From Spirochaetia bacterium (GTDB lineage Bacteria > Spirochaetota > Spirochaetia > DSM-2461), in contig CAXXIA010000001.1 in assembly GCA_963666985.2 (NCBI GenBank), positions 1,440,001 through 1,504,000 on the forward strand: a DNA stretch of 64,000 nucleotides, in the 5' to 3' direction. Below are positions 9,165 to 18,825 of this stretch, piece by piece. The notes under the pieces are model-generated. The model was not told where the DNA came from. It did not search any database and saw only the letters and a program-made list of their open reading frames with translations. Numbering within the stretch: position 1 is the first letter of the stretch; every line of letters starts with the position of its first letter. Made by a program: the position numbers and the translations under genes.

Positions 9165-10655
9165 ATGGAAAGAACCGTAAGGAACCCTATCAAAATCACC
9201 GACCACGGAAAAGCTCAGCTGGAAGTGAAAACTCACTATTCGCTTACCGGAGCGAAAAAAGACCGCTATTCGGTTGATTTATGGTTCTTTGTTCCAAGTC
9301 CCCTGAGAATGAATACCGAAGAATACGGCATTGAAAATTTCCTGGCCGATACGCATTGCCAGATCCGAATGAGTCCCGCCTTTATGCCCATATCCCGCAT
9401 CATCGATCCGAAATGCAAAATCAGTCCGCTCACCCGGATTCGATCCGAACTGGAACGGGCCGCCCTGCCGCAGGATATCCGCAACAAAAGGATTCTCTAT
9501 GAGATGAGAACCCTGGCCAATATTTTCGGAACGGAAACCTCCGGATCGGAACACATCATTGCCGAAGCGGTCAACGAAGGGCGCATGAACGTTGTGAAGA
9601 ACGCCATCAAGGCGAATCTGAAGGATATCAAATCCTTTCTTGAAAGCTGGAGAAGCCTTTACGAACTTTTCCTGGAACCGGCGGTCGACAGTCAGCTGAG
9701 GGACGCCTATGCCTGGACGGACGAATCGGTCAGTCTGGCGACCGAACGTGTCCTCACCCGGCTGTACCGCAGCATCGTGGCGGACGAGGAAGCACCGTCG
9801 CTGACCAAACGGATTCTCAGGCTGGCCGAAGCGGAAAAAGAACATCGGCTGCTGATGGGTTACACCACCTTAAACGGAGGCTTTACGAAACTGGAAGCCG
9901 AACAGAGGCTCTACCACGAAAGCATCCTGAAAAAATGGGGACAGTCGGCTCTGTATCTGACTCTTGAAGAAAGCGGAACCTCGCGGCGTATAGGTCAAAT
10001 CATAGCCGCCGCGGCCGCCGCGGCCGCCATGGCGTTCGCCGTGGTCGCGACGCTCCTGGCGGAACACTTTTTCCCCGGCAAAGGAATCGCCTGGGCTCTG
10101 GTGGTTGTTATCGCCTATATCTTCAAAGACCGGATAAAAGAATCCCTGAGAGCACTTCTTCTTCACACCCTTCCCTCGCTCATATCGGACAGCAGAATCA
10201 GGCTCGTCGATCAGGCATCGGGACGCCGTGTGGGCCGCGTAAGCAATCGCGTCCGGTTTATGAAAGCGCGGAAATCCCCTTTGGAAATCCATAGGCTCCG
10301 ATATTCCGGAGAAAATCCCTTAAGACAAATACTCCCCGAAGAAGACCTTATCCATTTTCGAAGGAACATCCTCATCAGAAACAAAAGACTCAAAGGTTCT
10401 CATACGCGCCTTACCGATCTTTCGGACATCATCCGAATCAAACTGGATCGCGCTTTAAGGGAAATGGACGATCCCGAAAAAACATTCCCTGTTTTCGCCA
10501 ACGGAGGCGTACAAGACGTCATCGGGAAGAGGGTCTATCACATCAACCTGATCGTAGGACTTTCCTTATATGGAGAAGGCATCATAGAGCGCCTTCACTG
10601 CAGGCTCATCATCAGCCGAAACGGATTGGAGCGGATCGAAGAGCTCGAATCATAA
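9165..10655 (+). CDS. Hypothetical membrane protein (two adjacent TM helices between large soluble domains)
   Basis: 496-aa ORF; hydrophobic hairpin IIAAAAAAAAMAFAVVATLLA / GIAWALVVVIAYIFKDRIKE; no catalytic motif recognised. Confidence 0.8.
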   Translation: MERTVRNPIKITDHGKAQLEVKTHYSLTGAKKDRYSVDLWFFVPSPLRMNTEEYGIENFLADTHCQIRMSPAFMPISRIIDPKCKISPLTRIRSELERAALPQDIRNKRILYEMRTLANIFGTETSGSEHIIAEAVNEGRMNVVKNAIKANLKDIKSFLESWRSLYELFLEPAVDSQLRDAYAWTDESVSLATERVLTRLYRSIVADEEAPSLTKRILRLAEAEKEHRLLMGYTTLNGGFTKLEAEQRLYHESILKKWGQSALYLTLEESGTSRRIGQIIAAAAAAAAMAFAVVATLLAEHFFPGKGIAWALVVVIAYIFKDRIKESLRALLLHTLPSLISDSRIRLVDQASGRRVGRVSNRVRFMKARKSPLEIHRLRYSGENPLRQILPEEDLIHFRRNILIRNKRLKGSHTRLTDLSDIIRIKLDRALREMDDPEKTFPVFANGGVQDVIGKRVYHINLIVGLSLYGEGIIERLHCRLIISRNGLERIEELES

Positions 10656-10818
10656 GCCATAAGCGCCTCCTCCGCGAAAGCCGGGAATCCCAAAAGAGTT
10701 GGAAAACCCGTAAAGTTCGATGGATTCACCGGATCATTTCCGCCGAACAAAAAAATCAATTTGAAACACCCTTTTCTCTTTCCGCCCGTCAAGAATAATG
10801 AGGCAAGGAGGAAAGACG

Positions 10819-11655
10819 ATGCCCGACGATACGAAAAAGGTTTTCAGAAAGCAGGGAACCTGCTCGCGCACGCTGTTTTATTTAGTCAATCGCGCATTCG
10901 GAAGAAACAGAGAACTCGAGGGTCGGGCCGTCGACCCTTTGGCCGGAGGCATCGTACAGAAAGGATACCAGTGCGGGATGCTGTGGGGGGCCTCCCTGGC
11001 CGCGGGCACCGAAGCGTACGAACGATTCGGCAAGGGTGAACGGGCCGTCGGCGCCGCGATCGGCACGTCTCAAGACATCGTGAAATCCTTTACCGACTGT
11101 GCCGGATGCGCCGACTGCCGGGACTTTACGGGAACGGATTTTTCCAAACCGCTGCAAATGGCCCGTTATGTGCTTTTCAGAACACGCCGATGCTTCAATC
11201 TTGCCGAAGATTGGGTTCCGGATGCCGTCGATACGGTCCGAAAAGGATTATCGGCCGCGGAAAGCACCCTCGAGAAGGCCGGAGTGGATAAGACCGTTAA
11301 AAAAGGAGGAATCAGCTGCGCGACCGAAACGGCCCGCAAAATGGGAGCCGGTGATGAAGAGGCCGTGATGGTGGCCGGATTCGCGGGCGGCATAGGGCTC
11401 GGCGGAGGCGGATGCGGCGCGGCGGCGGCGGCCGTTTGGATAAAGAGTCTCGAGTGGTGCCGAAAAAATCCCGGGAAATCCGGCTTCGGCAATCCGGCCG
11501 CCAAACAAACCGTTAAAGCCTTCGAGGAGGCAGCAGGCGCCCGATACACCTGCCGTGAAATTACGGGAAGAACCTTTGCGAACGCCGAAGAACACGCCGA
11601 GTTCATCACGAACGGAGGATGCGCCGAGCTGATCAAGGCCCTGGCCGAATCGTAA
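10819..11655 (+). CDS. Tandem C-GCAxxG-C-C family putative redox-active protein
   Basis: Two repeats of the pattern: TCS..LAGGI....CGMLWGA..DCRDF..C and SCA..FAGGIG...GCGAAAA..TCREI..GC. Start moved to ATG 10819, which follows AGGAGG. Confidence 0.8.
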   Translation: MPDDTKKVFRKQGTCSRTLFYLVNRAFGRNRELEGRAVDPLAGGIVQKGYQCGMLWGASLAAGTEAYERFGKGERAVGAAIGTSQDIVKSFTDCAGCADCRDFTGTDFSKPLQMARYVLFRTRRCFNLAEDWVPDAVDTVRKGLSAAESTLEKAGVDKTVKKGGISCATETARKMGAGDEEAVMVAGFAGGIGLGGGGCGAAAAAVWIKSLEWCRKNPGKSGFGNPAAKQTVKAFEEAAGARYTCREITGRTFANAEEHAEFITNGGCAELIKALAES

Positions 11656-11774
11656 TTCTTCGAACGCGGGAATATCGGAAGGGTTCCGTTTCTCATATGA
11701 CACCCGAAGCCCGTCGGAGAATACCGTTCATAAAGAGATTTGCCGATTTTCCGATCGCGGTGTAGGCTTCCGGT

Positions 11775-12767
11775 ATGAACGGGCTTACGAAAACCGTCAA
11801 ATGCGTTATCGCCGGACTCGGCCGAATCGGCTCCACGCTGGAAAAAGATCCCCTTCGGGAAAAACCCGCAAGCCATGCCGGAGCCGTTTGGGCCCATCCT
11901 CAAGCCCTTCTGGCCGCCGGGGCCGACCCGGTGCCCGAACGCCGGGAAGAGTTTGAGGCGGACTGGAACGGCGTTAGAACCTACGAAGATCCTTTGGAAA
12001 TGCTTCGAATCGAAAAACCCGATATCTTCCATATCGCCTCATGGACCGACTCTCATCCCTCTCTCCTGACGGCGGCCATGGGCGAAGGTATCCCCGTTAT
12101 TATCTGCGAAAAACCCCTGGCCAACTCGCTCAAAGCCGTCCGGCCTCTCATCCGGAAAACACACAATTCCTCATGCCGGGTTGTGATGAACCACGAACGG
12201 CGCTTTTCCCGGGATTACCGGTCGGTAAGAGAAATCATCCGGGAAAAGCGATTCGGTGAACTCCTCTCTGTTTCGGGCAAACTCTACATGGGCCTCACCC
12301 GTTCTCCGCGCGCTGTTCTCTATCACGACGGAACCCACATGATCGACATCATCAGATTCCTCACCGGCGAAGATATCGCCATTAAACGCGTTTGCGGATC
12401 TCCCGAAGTTAAAGGAGGAGATCTGCACATCCTCGCTCAAGCGGGAAGCACGGCTGTCGATTTGGACATCTCCGGCGGCCGCGATTATCTGTTGTTTGAA
12501 CTGGATTTGACGTTTTCTTCCGGACGCATCCGAATCGGAAACGGAATCTATGAACTCTGGGAATCGGAGGAATCCCCCTACTACACCGGCTTTAAGTCGC
12601 TCTCAAAAAAACAAGACGGCTGGGAAGGGAGAACCGGTTACTTTGCCGGAATGATGGAGCATGCCGTTGATCTGGCGGAGAATCCCGAACGGCAAAGCGA
12701 ATCGACTTTGGAAGACGGTCTTGCCGTACTGAAAATCATCGCCGCGATATTGAAGAAAAAGCGCTGA
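11775..12767 (+). CDS. Gfo/Idh/MocA family oxidoreductase
   Basis: IAGLGRIG Rossmann motif, CEKPLA, NHERRF, HDGTHMID. Confidence 0.9.
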   Translation: MNGLTKTVKCVIAGLGRIGSTLEKDPLREKPASHAGAVWAHPQALLAAGADPVPERREEFEADWNGVRTYEDPLEMLRIEKPDIFHIASWTDSHPSLLTAAMGEGIPVIICEKPLANSLKAVRPLIRKTHNSSCRVVMNHERRFSRDYRSVREIIREKRFGELLSVSGKLYMGLTRSPRAVLYHDGTHMIDIIRFLTGEDIAIKRVCGSPEVKGGDLHILAQAGSTAVDLDISGGRDYLLFELDLTFSSGRIRIGNGIYELWESEESPYYTGFKSLSKKQDGWEGRTGYFAGMMEHAVDLAENPERQSESTLEDGLAVLKIIAAILKKKR

Positions 12768-12854
12768 ACGAAGGATTTTTTCAAAGGCTGTTTCCATGCT
12801 TTCGGACGGATATTCCCGACCGGCCGGAGGCGTTCGGCACGGTCGATACCATAT

Positions 12855-12883
12855 TTGACTCATCCCGTAAAGTTCCATAGAAT
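12855..12883 (+). promoter_or_regulatory. Sigma-70 promoter, probably giving a leaderless transcript
   Basis: TTGACT-17 bp-TAGAAT, with ATG 12890 six bases after the -10 box. Confidence 0.65.
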
Positions 12884-12889
12884 CGGGAT

Positions 12890-13195
12890 ATGGAAGAAAA
12901 CGATCCTATCGGATACCAACGGTGCTCCACTTGCGGGAAATGGCATCCGACGGCCGGATCGTACGCAGGCAGATTCTGTTCCAGAGAATGCGCCAAATCC
13001 TTCCGGAAATGCCCGGTTTGCGGAGCCTATTTCGAGATGAAGGAATCGACATCGGACGGATTCTGTTCGGCCGAGTGCGCCGGAGTGGACGCGAAGGACG
13101 GACCGGCGAATATTCTTGAAATGGCTTCCGCCGACGATTTTCCGGAACCGGCCGCGGATTCCGCGGAAAAAACCGAAACGGTATTGCAAGGATAA
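12890..13195 (+). CDS. Small Cys-rich protein with two CxxC...FCSxEC metal-binding repeats
   Basis: CSTC..FCSREC and CPVC..FCSAEC, acidic tail, good promoter, same strand as adk. Confidence 0.7.
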   Translation: MEENDPIGYQRCSTCGKWHPTAGSYAGRFCSRECAKSFRKCPVCGAYFEMKESTSDGFCSAECAGVDAKDGPANILEMASADDFPEPAADSAEKTETVLQG

Positions 13196-13233
13196 AATTC
13201 CTAGGGCCGAGAACCCTGACGAGGAGATGAAAA

Positions 13234-13866
13234 ATGAAACTGATGTATCTGGGCCCTCCGGGGGCGGGAAAAGGCACGATGGCCGCACGGACCAAGGAAC
13301 TTCTTGGGATTCCTCATATTTCCACCGGAGATCTCTTCCGGGAAAACGTCTCCAAAGGAACCGAGCTCGGACTGCAGGTAAAAAGCATCATGGAAAAGGG
13401 CGATTTGGTTCCCGATGAAATCACCGTCGCCATGCTGAAGGAACGCCTCGGACGTTCTGATACGGCCGCGGGGTTCATTCTCGACGGATTTCCCCGGACC
13501 ATCCCGCAGGCCGAGGCCCTTGCCGCCGTAACGGATTTGGACTGCGCGGTGAATTTCGCCTGTCCGGAAGAAGAGCTGATTAAAAGATTGACCGGCCGAC
13601 GATTCTGCCCGGCCTGCGGTAGAACCTATCATGTGATGTTTATGCCTCCCCGCGAGGAAGGCCGATGCGACGACGACGGATCGGCACTCTCGGTCCGGGA
13701 TGACGATACCCTGGAAGCGGTAAAAAACAGATTGAAGGTTTACACAAAATCAACCGAACCGCTTATTGCGTGGTACCGCGACCACGGTCTTCTCCGTGAT
13801 GTGGATGCCTCGGCAGCCCCCGATGATGTGTTCGCGGCGCTTAAGGCGATTTTCGAGAAGCCGTAA
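13234..13866 (+). CDS. adk: Adenylate kinase
   Basis: GPPGAGKGT, HISTGDLFR, GDLVPD, LDGFPRT, zinc-type lid CPAC...CDDD, RDDD. Confidence 0.98.
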   Translation: MKLMYLGPPGAGKGTMAARTKELLGIPHISTGDLFRENVSKGTELGLQVKSIMEKGDLVPDEITVAMLKERLGRSDTAAGFILDGFPRTIPQAEALAAVTDLDCAVNFACPEEELIKRLTGRRFCPACGRTYHVMFMPPREEGRCDDDGSALSVRDDDTLEAVKNRLKVYTKSTEPLIAWYRDHGLLRDVDASAAPDDVFAALKAIFEKP

Positions 13867-14746
13867 CATCCCGAATCCCGGCATGAATCATGCCGGGCGC
13901 ATCATTAAAAAGCTCTTCAAGAGACTCCTCGTCCGAGAAGCCGAGTTCCAGAGCTTTGGCGAGTGCTTCAAGGCCCTCTTCATATTCTTCCAATTCGACT
14001 AAATCGATCCGGGCCAAATGCCACCAGCACTCCGGATCGTCTTCGGCGCCGCTCGCGATTTTCCTTTTTTCATAAACCGCCGCTTCGCGAAAAAGTCCCA
14101 TGGCATCGGCCGCACGGGAGGCGATCCGCAGAGCATCGCGATTCACGGTATCTTCGGTCAGGACATCTTCACAAACAGAAAGAGACTCTTCATACTCCCC
14201 CGCCGCGGATAAAGAGGATGCCAGGGCCAGTCTGTTTTCAACATCGTCATCCAGTCGAACCAGCGTCCGGTAGAGCACCACCGCCTCCGCCGCGCGGCCT
14301 TCGCCCTCGTGAATCTCGGCGGCGCCTTTGAGCGACTCGGTATCGGCATGGAAAACATCGAGAGCCGCCCTGTAATAATCGAGAGCGGCATTTGAATCGC
14401 CCTGTTCTTTGGAAACCCAGGCCAGGGCTCTGAGAACCGTAAGATTCTCGGGATCTCTCCCGCGCAATTCCTTTAAAAGAATCAATGCATCGTCTTCGCG
14501 GTCCAGAAACGTCAGGGTAAGAGCCAAGTTGTATGAGGCGGCGGCAAGGTCGGGTTTGGCCTCCAGAGCGGCTTCATATGCCAGGGCCGCTTCCTCCAAA
14601 CGGCCCGATTCGCGAAGCGTGTTGCCTTCGTTGTAAAACCGGGCCGCCTGCTCCTCGACGGCACTCCACGTTCGGCACCCTCCCAAAACGGCGGCGGCCG
14701 ACGCAAGAAGAAAGAAGATTCGCCGAAGAACCGACTCGGGGATCAT
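13841..14746 (-). CDS. Tetratricopeptide-repeat lipoprotein
   Basis: Signal peptide with LGGC lipobox; repeated TPR patterns (FYNEGN..., ASYNLA...). Confidence 0.8.
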   Translation of the reverse strand: MIPESVLRRIFFLLASAAAVLGGCRTWSAVEEQAARFYNEGNTLRESGRLEEAALAYEAALEAKPDLAAASYNLALTLTFLDREDDALILLKELRGRDPENLTVLRALAWVSKEQGDSNAALDYYRAALDVFHADTESLKGAAEIHEGEGRAAEAVVLYRTLVRLDDDVENRLALASSLSAAGEYEESLSVCEDVLTEDTVNRDALRIASRAADAMGLFREAAVYEKRKIASGAEDDPECWWHLARIDLVELEEYEEGLEALAKALELGFSDEESLEELFNDAPGMIHAGIRDVTASRKSP

Positions 14747-15810
14747 CCCCTTAAAACCGTCCTCTCGATTTCCCGAACCTGCGCCCGATAGAGTGAGGAA
14801 ATATTGGCTCCGTAATCGGCTACCAGCTGAATCATGTTTCTCGGAGAATCCCCGTCTCTGCCGTTGATTCGGTCGCCCGCATCACCGAGTCCGGGAAGAA
14901 TGTAGGCGATATCGTTCAGAACCGGATCCATCCACAGGGTATAAACATCCAGATTCTCAATGGAGCGGACAAGCTGCAGAGATCCCTGCAATGCGGCAAT
15001 AACGTTTAACGCCTTGATCGATTTGGGCTTAACGCCGTTTCCAAGCAGATACTTCACGATGGTAACAAGACTTCCGCCCGTGGCGTTCATGGGATCGGCG
15101 AAAACCAGGTTTTTCCCGTCCAAGGATTCCAGGTCGAAATAGGACATATCCAAGTCCAGGATGTATTCCATGTCGTCTTTCTTCTTCGCTTCGTTTCGTT
15201 TAATGCGGAACAAAGCGAATGGGGTGACATTCCCGGTGGAACTGTATTCCTGGATTTCTTTACTCAGAATCATCGACGGCAGAAGCGCGCCGCGGAGCAT
15301 CACGCACATCACCGTATCCGCGATTTCCTCATCCACATCCGGGATTTTATGGACCGCGTAATTCTGCACGGGCATGGTAACCGGCGTTTTAACCACAAGA
15401 TGGTTCTTTTTACTTTTACCGGCGCCGCCCCAGGCCAAATTGAATAAAAGTTCGTAAGCCCGCTGGATGTAGTAGACGAACTCGTCATGACCGGTTTTCG
15501 CGTCCCGAAGCTTGGCGATAAGCCGGGAAACCTCGCCGTGCTGTCCCGTGGGGGTTTCAAAACTGTAAACATGCAGATGGGGCTCTTCGGAGGTAATTTC
15601 ATGCATGAATTTTCCCATGGTCTCATAGAGCCTGATGATTTTATCGGTCTCGGCCTTTACCAATGACGGCTTGGATTCTCCCGCGGCCAATTTTGTGAAG
15701 GAAGCCGAAGCCTCTTCATAAAAAGAATGCATCCGGGCAATGTAGTCCCGATCCTGTTCGGTCAGGAAGCCGTCCAAGTCTTCGGCTTTTAGAATGATGT
15801 TGTCGCTCAT
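14743..15810 (-). CDS. upp: Uracil phosphoribosyltransferase (long form with N-terminal extension)
   Basis: VMLRGA, FADPMNATGGS PRPP-binding loop, YILPGLGDAGDR. Confidence 0.9.
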   Translation of the reverse strand: MSDNIILKAEDLDGFLTEQDRDYIARMHSFYEEASASFTKLAAGESKPSLVKAETDKIIRLYETMGKFMHEITSEEPHLHVYSFETPTGQHGEVSRLIAKLRDAKTGHDEFVYYIQRAYELLFNLAWGGAGKSKKNHLVVKTPVTMPVQNYAVHKIPDVDEEIADTVMCVMLRGALLPSMILSKEIQEYSSTGNVTPFALFRIKRNEAKKKDDMEYILDLDMSYFDLESLDGKNLVFADPMNATGGSLVTIVKYLLGNGVKPKSIKALNVIAALQGSLQLVRSIENLDVYTLWMDPVLNDIAYILPGLGDAGDRINGRDGDSPRNMIQLVADYGANISSLYRAQVREIERTVLRG

Positions 15811-15854
15811 GGCCCGATTATAGCCCGGAGCGATGCCTAAGGTCGATGAGAATG

Positions 15855-15900
15855 AGAAGAAGAAAGGGACCGTCCCGGGAGTTCCGGAGCGGTCCCTCTT
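15855..15900 (-). terminator. Intrinsic terminator downstream of the outer-membrane protein gene
   Basis: AGGGACCG...CGGTCCCT stem (15865-15897) followed by a pyrimidine/T run on the minus strand. Confidence 0.6.
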
Positions 15901-15948
15901 ATTCCGGTCTAAAAATCGGCTTCAACGGCCGATTTAATGACTGAATCG

Positions 15949-16749
15949 CTACTTAAAGGCGTAGCCGCCGCTGACCGTCAAACCGATGCCGCGTTCATTG
16001 TTGTCCAGAAGATCGGTTCCGACGATATCGATGACCATGTTAAACGGCCCGCCGCCCTTGGTCGGATGAATACGGAATCCGGTATTGAAAGCACCCCGAG
16101 CTCCGGCATAAATCTTCGGCTGGTATACCGCATAGGCGAAGTTCGAAAAATCCGTTACCCAGTAGACGTAATTCTTGAAGGCGCTCGGGAAGAGCGACAT
16201 GGAGAATCCCATGCCGTAGATAAACTGACTCGTGGGGAAATCTCCCTGTTCCGCCATCTGCCAGCCTATGGTCGCGGTGGTGACGGCGGGCATACTGAAG
16301 AAATTTCCGCCGTAGGTGGCGGCCAAATACAGCTTGGCGCTGTTTCCGGCGGCGGCTTCGTTGGCCATTTCGATATCGCCTCCCAGGGCCAGAGCGCCGG
16401 AGCCCTCTTTATAGAGCTGGAATTTTCCGCCCAGGATGAAATTGAGAAGTTCGGTCTCTCCGTAAAGATCTCCCAAGTGAAGAGCTCCGGAGATTTCGAA
16501 CTTTTTAAAGAGACTTAACGCGAATCGGGGAATATGATCCATCCGATCGTTTCCCGCATAGACGAAACCGTAACCGACATCCAAACCGACCTTGGATTTC
16601 TCCCAGCCGACTCGGGCGTCCGGAACAACGATAAGACCCGTGCTTCCGTTGAAGGTCATGCCGTTCACCGCTCCCGCCATGGTGGACTGGCCGAAAGCGG
16701 CGGCGGCCACCAGGAGAGCCAAAGAAAGAATCGCCAAACGTTTTAACAT
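15949..16749 (-). CDS. Putative outer-membrane beta-barrel protein (YjbH-like N-terminus)
   Basis: Signal peptide, NGSTGLIVVPDA motif, alternating amphipathic strands, aromatic C-terminus (GGYAFK). Confidence 0.7.
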   Translation of the reverse strand: MLKRLAILSLALLVAAAAFGQSTMAGAVNGMTFNGSTGLIVVPDARVGWEKSKVGLDVGYGFVYAGNDRMDHIPRFALSLFKKFEISGALHLGDLYGETELLNFILGGKFQLYKEGSGALALGGDIEMANEAAAGNSAKLYLAATYGGNFFSMPAVTTATIGWQMAEQGDFPTSQFIYGMGFSMSLFPSAFKNYVYWVTDFSNFAYAVYQPKIYAGARGAFNTGFRIHPTKGGGPFNMVIDIVGTDLLDNNERGIGLTVSGGYAFK

Positions 16750-16905
16750 TCATTTCTCCTTGCAATTCATAATGAGGCAATTTGTAATTATAATATCGCG
16801 ATAAACGTTCATTTCTCGGAAAATGCATAATCCATCCTAAAAAACGGTTTTCATCGAAGTCCCGGCAGCCGAGTGTTGACGAGAATTAACGGATATCGAT
16901 AAATA

Positions 16906-17475
16906 ATGAAGGTTATGAATGAAACACTGAAAGTAATCCGAGAAAGAAGAAGCATTCGGTCCTATTCTTCAAAACAGATCGGGAAAAACGATTTGAATGA
17001 TGTTCTGGATGCCGCTCTTGCGGCTCCGAACGCCAGGAATATGCAGCAATGGCATTTTACCGTTATACAAGATGCCGCTCTGCTGGATCGATTGGTTTCG
17101 GCGATCCGGAAAAACATGCCCTTAACCGGTATTCCTCTTCTCGTCGAGAAGGCCAAGGATCCCGCATATCACACTTTTTATCATGCGCCGACGGTGGTCA
17201 TGATTTCCGGCGACCGCTCTTCCAAGCATATCGCCATCGACGGCGGAGCGGCCGCCGAGAACATGGCATTGGCCGCGCAATCCCTCGGCATAAGTTCCTG
17301 TTTGATTGCCTCATCGGATCTGATTTTCGTCGGAGATACGGCCGAAGCCTACCGAAAAGAGCTGCGGATTCCCGATGGATACGATCATGTTCTCTGTGTC
17401 GCCCTGGGCTACGCGGAAGGCGATGCTCCCCTAATGCCGGAACGGAACAAGAACGTCATCGACTATATCGGGTAG
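16906..17475 (+). CDS. Nitroreductase family protein
   Basis: IRERRSIRSY, APNARNMQQWHF, AENMALAAQSLGISSC. The start may be ATG 16915. Confidence 0.92.
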   Translation: MKVMNETLKVIRERRSIRSYSSKQIGKNDLNDVLDAALAAPNARNMQQWHFTVIQDAALLDRLVSAIRKNMPLTGIPLLVEKAKDPAYHTFYHAPTVVMISGDRSSKHIAIDGGAAAENMALAAQSLGISSCLIASSDLIFVGDTAEAYRKELRIPDGYDHVLCVALGYAEGDAPLMPERNKNVIDYIG

Positions 17476-17636
17476 GTGAATAAAGCCCGTTCAAATGATT
17501 CGCGCGGATATTCGGGCCCGTCTTCCGGGCATGAAGAGTGCGTTTTTGCGCTTAGCTCCGTCGATTCGAAGACCGAACGGGGTAATCGCCTGATGCGGAA
17601 CATGCCGGGACGGATTCGAAATGCCGTCATGCATTA

Positions 17637-18527
17637 TCAAACACTCGTTATGTGCATGGTCCGGTGTCTCTGCCTCATCGCCGAAGGCGTCATGCCTTTA
17701 CGAAGCTTGAATTGACGGATGAAATTGCGCACCGTGGAGAATCCGGAATCAAACGCAATTTTTTCCACGGTATCCAGGCTGTCCGTAAGACGCCTCTCGG
17801 CGTACTGGAGCCGCCGGTCGATGATGTAATCCCTCAGCGATATGTTCATGACGAATTTAAAGACGCGGCACAGATAATCGGAGTTGTATCCCATGGAAGA
17901 GGCAAGATCCTTCACCGAGAAATTCCCGTCCGTAAATTTCTCGGCGATGGTCTGAATCATCAGATTGATGAGTCCCTCTCTGACGGCCGCGAACGGTGAG
18001 GCCTCATGCCGCTTGAGCACATACTCGTTCAGCTCGACCATCATCATGCGGAACATCAGCTGGTATTTAAGAGCGGTAAAGGAGGGATGCTCCTGCTCGA
18101 AAAGAATCTCGTGAAAAAATTGATGAAAGGCACGGGAATCGGAAACAGGGATTTCCCTCGGAAGCAGAATCGCGTCGTTCAGACGCGTCATAGCAACCGA
18201 CCTGTTTCCGAGAATGGGACCAACATCGTCGGTCTTCATAGTGATGGGATTTGCGGCGCATTTAAAATGAATCCAATAATAGGAAGCCGAATCTTCCAGG
18301 CGCCGAAGGCCCCGATGTGTTTTCCCAGCGGTTAAAAGAGTCAGGCGGCCGGGTTCGATGCTCACCGGTTCTCCGTCTTCCTCAAGTTCCACGCGGTTTT
18401 TCCAGCCCAGTATAAGAACGGATGTATCCAGATTCCTCTCGGGATGAATCCATCCGTGATTCAGTATGGCCGCACCGCCGTTTTCCGCGCTCAGCTGCGA
18501 AAGCCTCGGGAACAATGTATAAGTCAT
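17637..18527 (-). CDS. AraC family transcriptional regulator
   Basis: N-terminal cupin-like domain; C-terminal HTH (DYLCRVFK...IAFDSGF....FIRQFK...GMTP); divergent from the sugar ABC operon. Confidence 0.92.
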   Translation of the reverse strand: MTYTLFPRLSQLSAENGGAAILNHGWIHPERNLDTSVLILGWKNRVELEEDGEPVSIEPGRLTLLTAGKTHRGLRRLEDSASYYWIHFKCAANPITMKTDDVGPILGNRSVAMTRLNDAILLPREIPVSDSRAFHQFFHEILFEQEHPSFTALKYQLMFRMMMVELNEYVLKRHEASPFAAVREGLINLMIQTIAEKFTDGNFSVKDLASSMGYNSDYLCRVFKFVMNISLRDYIIDRRLQYAERRLTDSLDTVEKIAFDSGFSTVRNFIRQFKLRKGMTPSAMRQRHRTMHITSV

Positions 18528-18825
18528 GACAATCTCAATTAAGTCGATTATCGCACAATCGGCGTTCCGAAACGATCAAAAATATTTCGGGCAGTCGCTT
18601 TTTATGAATATTCCGCAAAATCGATTCTTGGATTCGATTAATCCATTTACTTATATATCAATACGTTAGTAAATATCATCAAAACGGGAACAAAATATGC
18701 AATAATGAATAATCCTTGGAATCGGAAAAAGTCGGAAAATGTCACCAAGTCTTCGAAAATCATCTCTACCGGGAATAGAACACTCCCCTATGATGGAATC
18801 ATCACAAACCTGAAAGGAGAGGAAA

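Noticed and set aside
10819..11655. Selenoprotein recoding in the C-GCAxxG-C-C gene
   Set aside because: There is no in-frame TGA; all motif positions are Cys codons and the gene ends in TAA.
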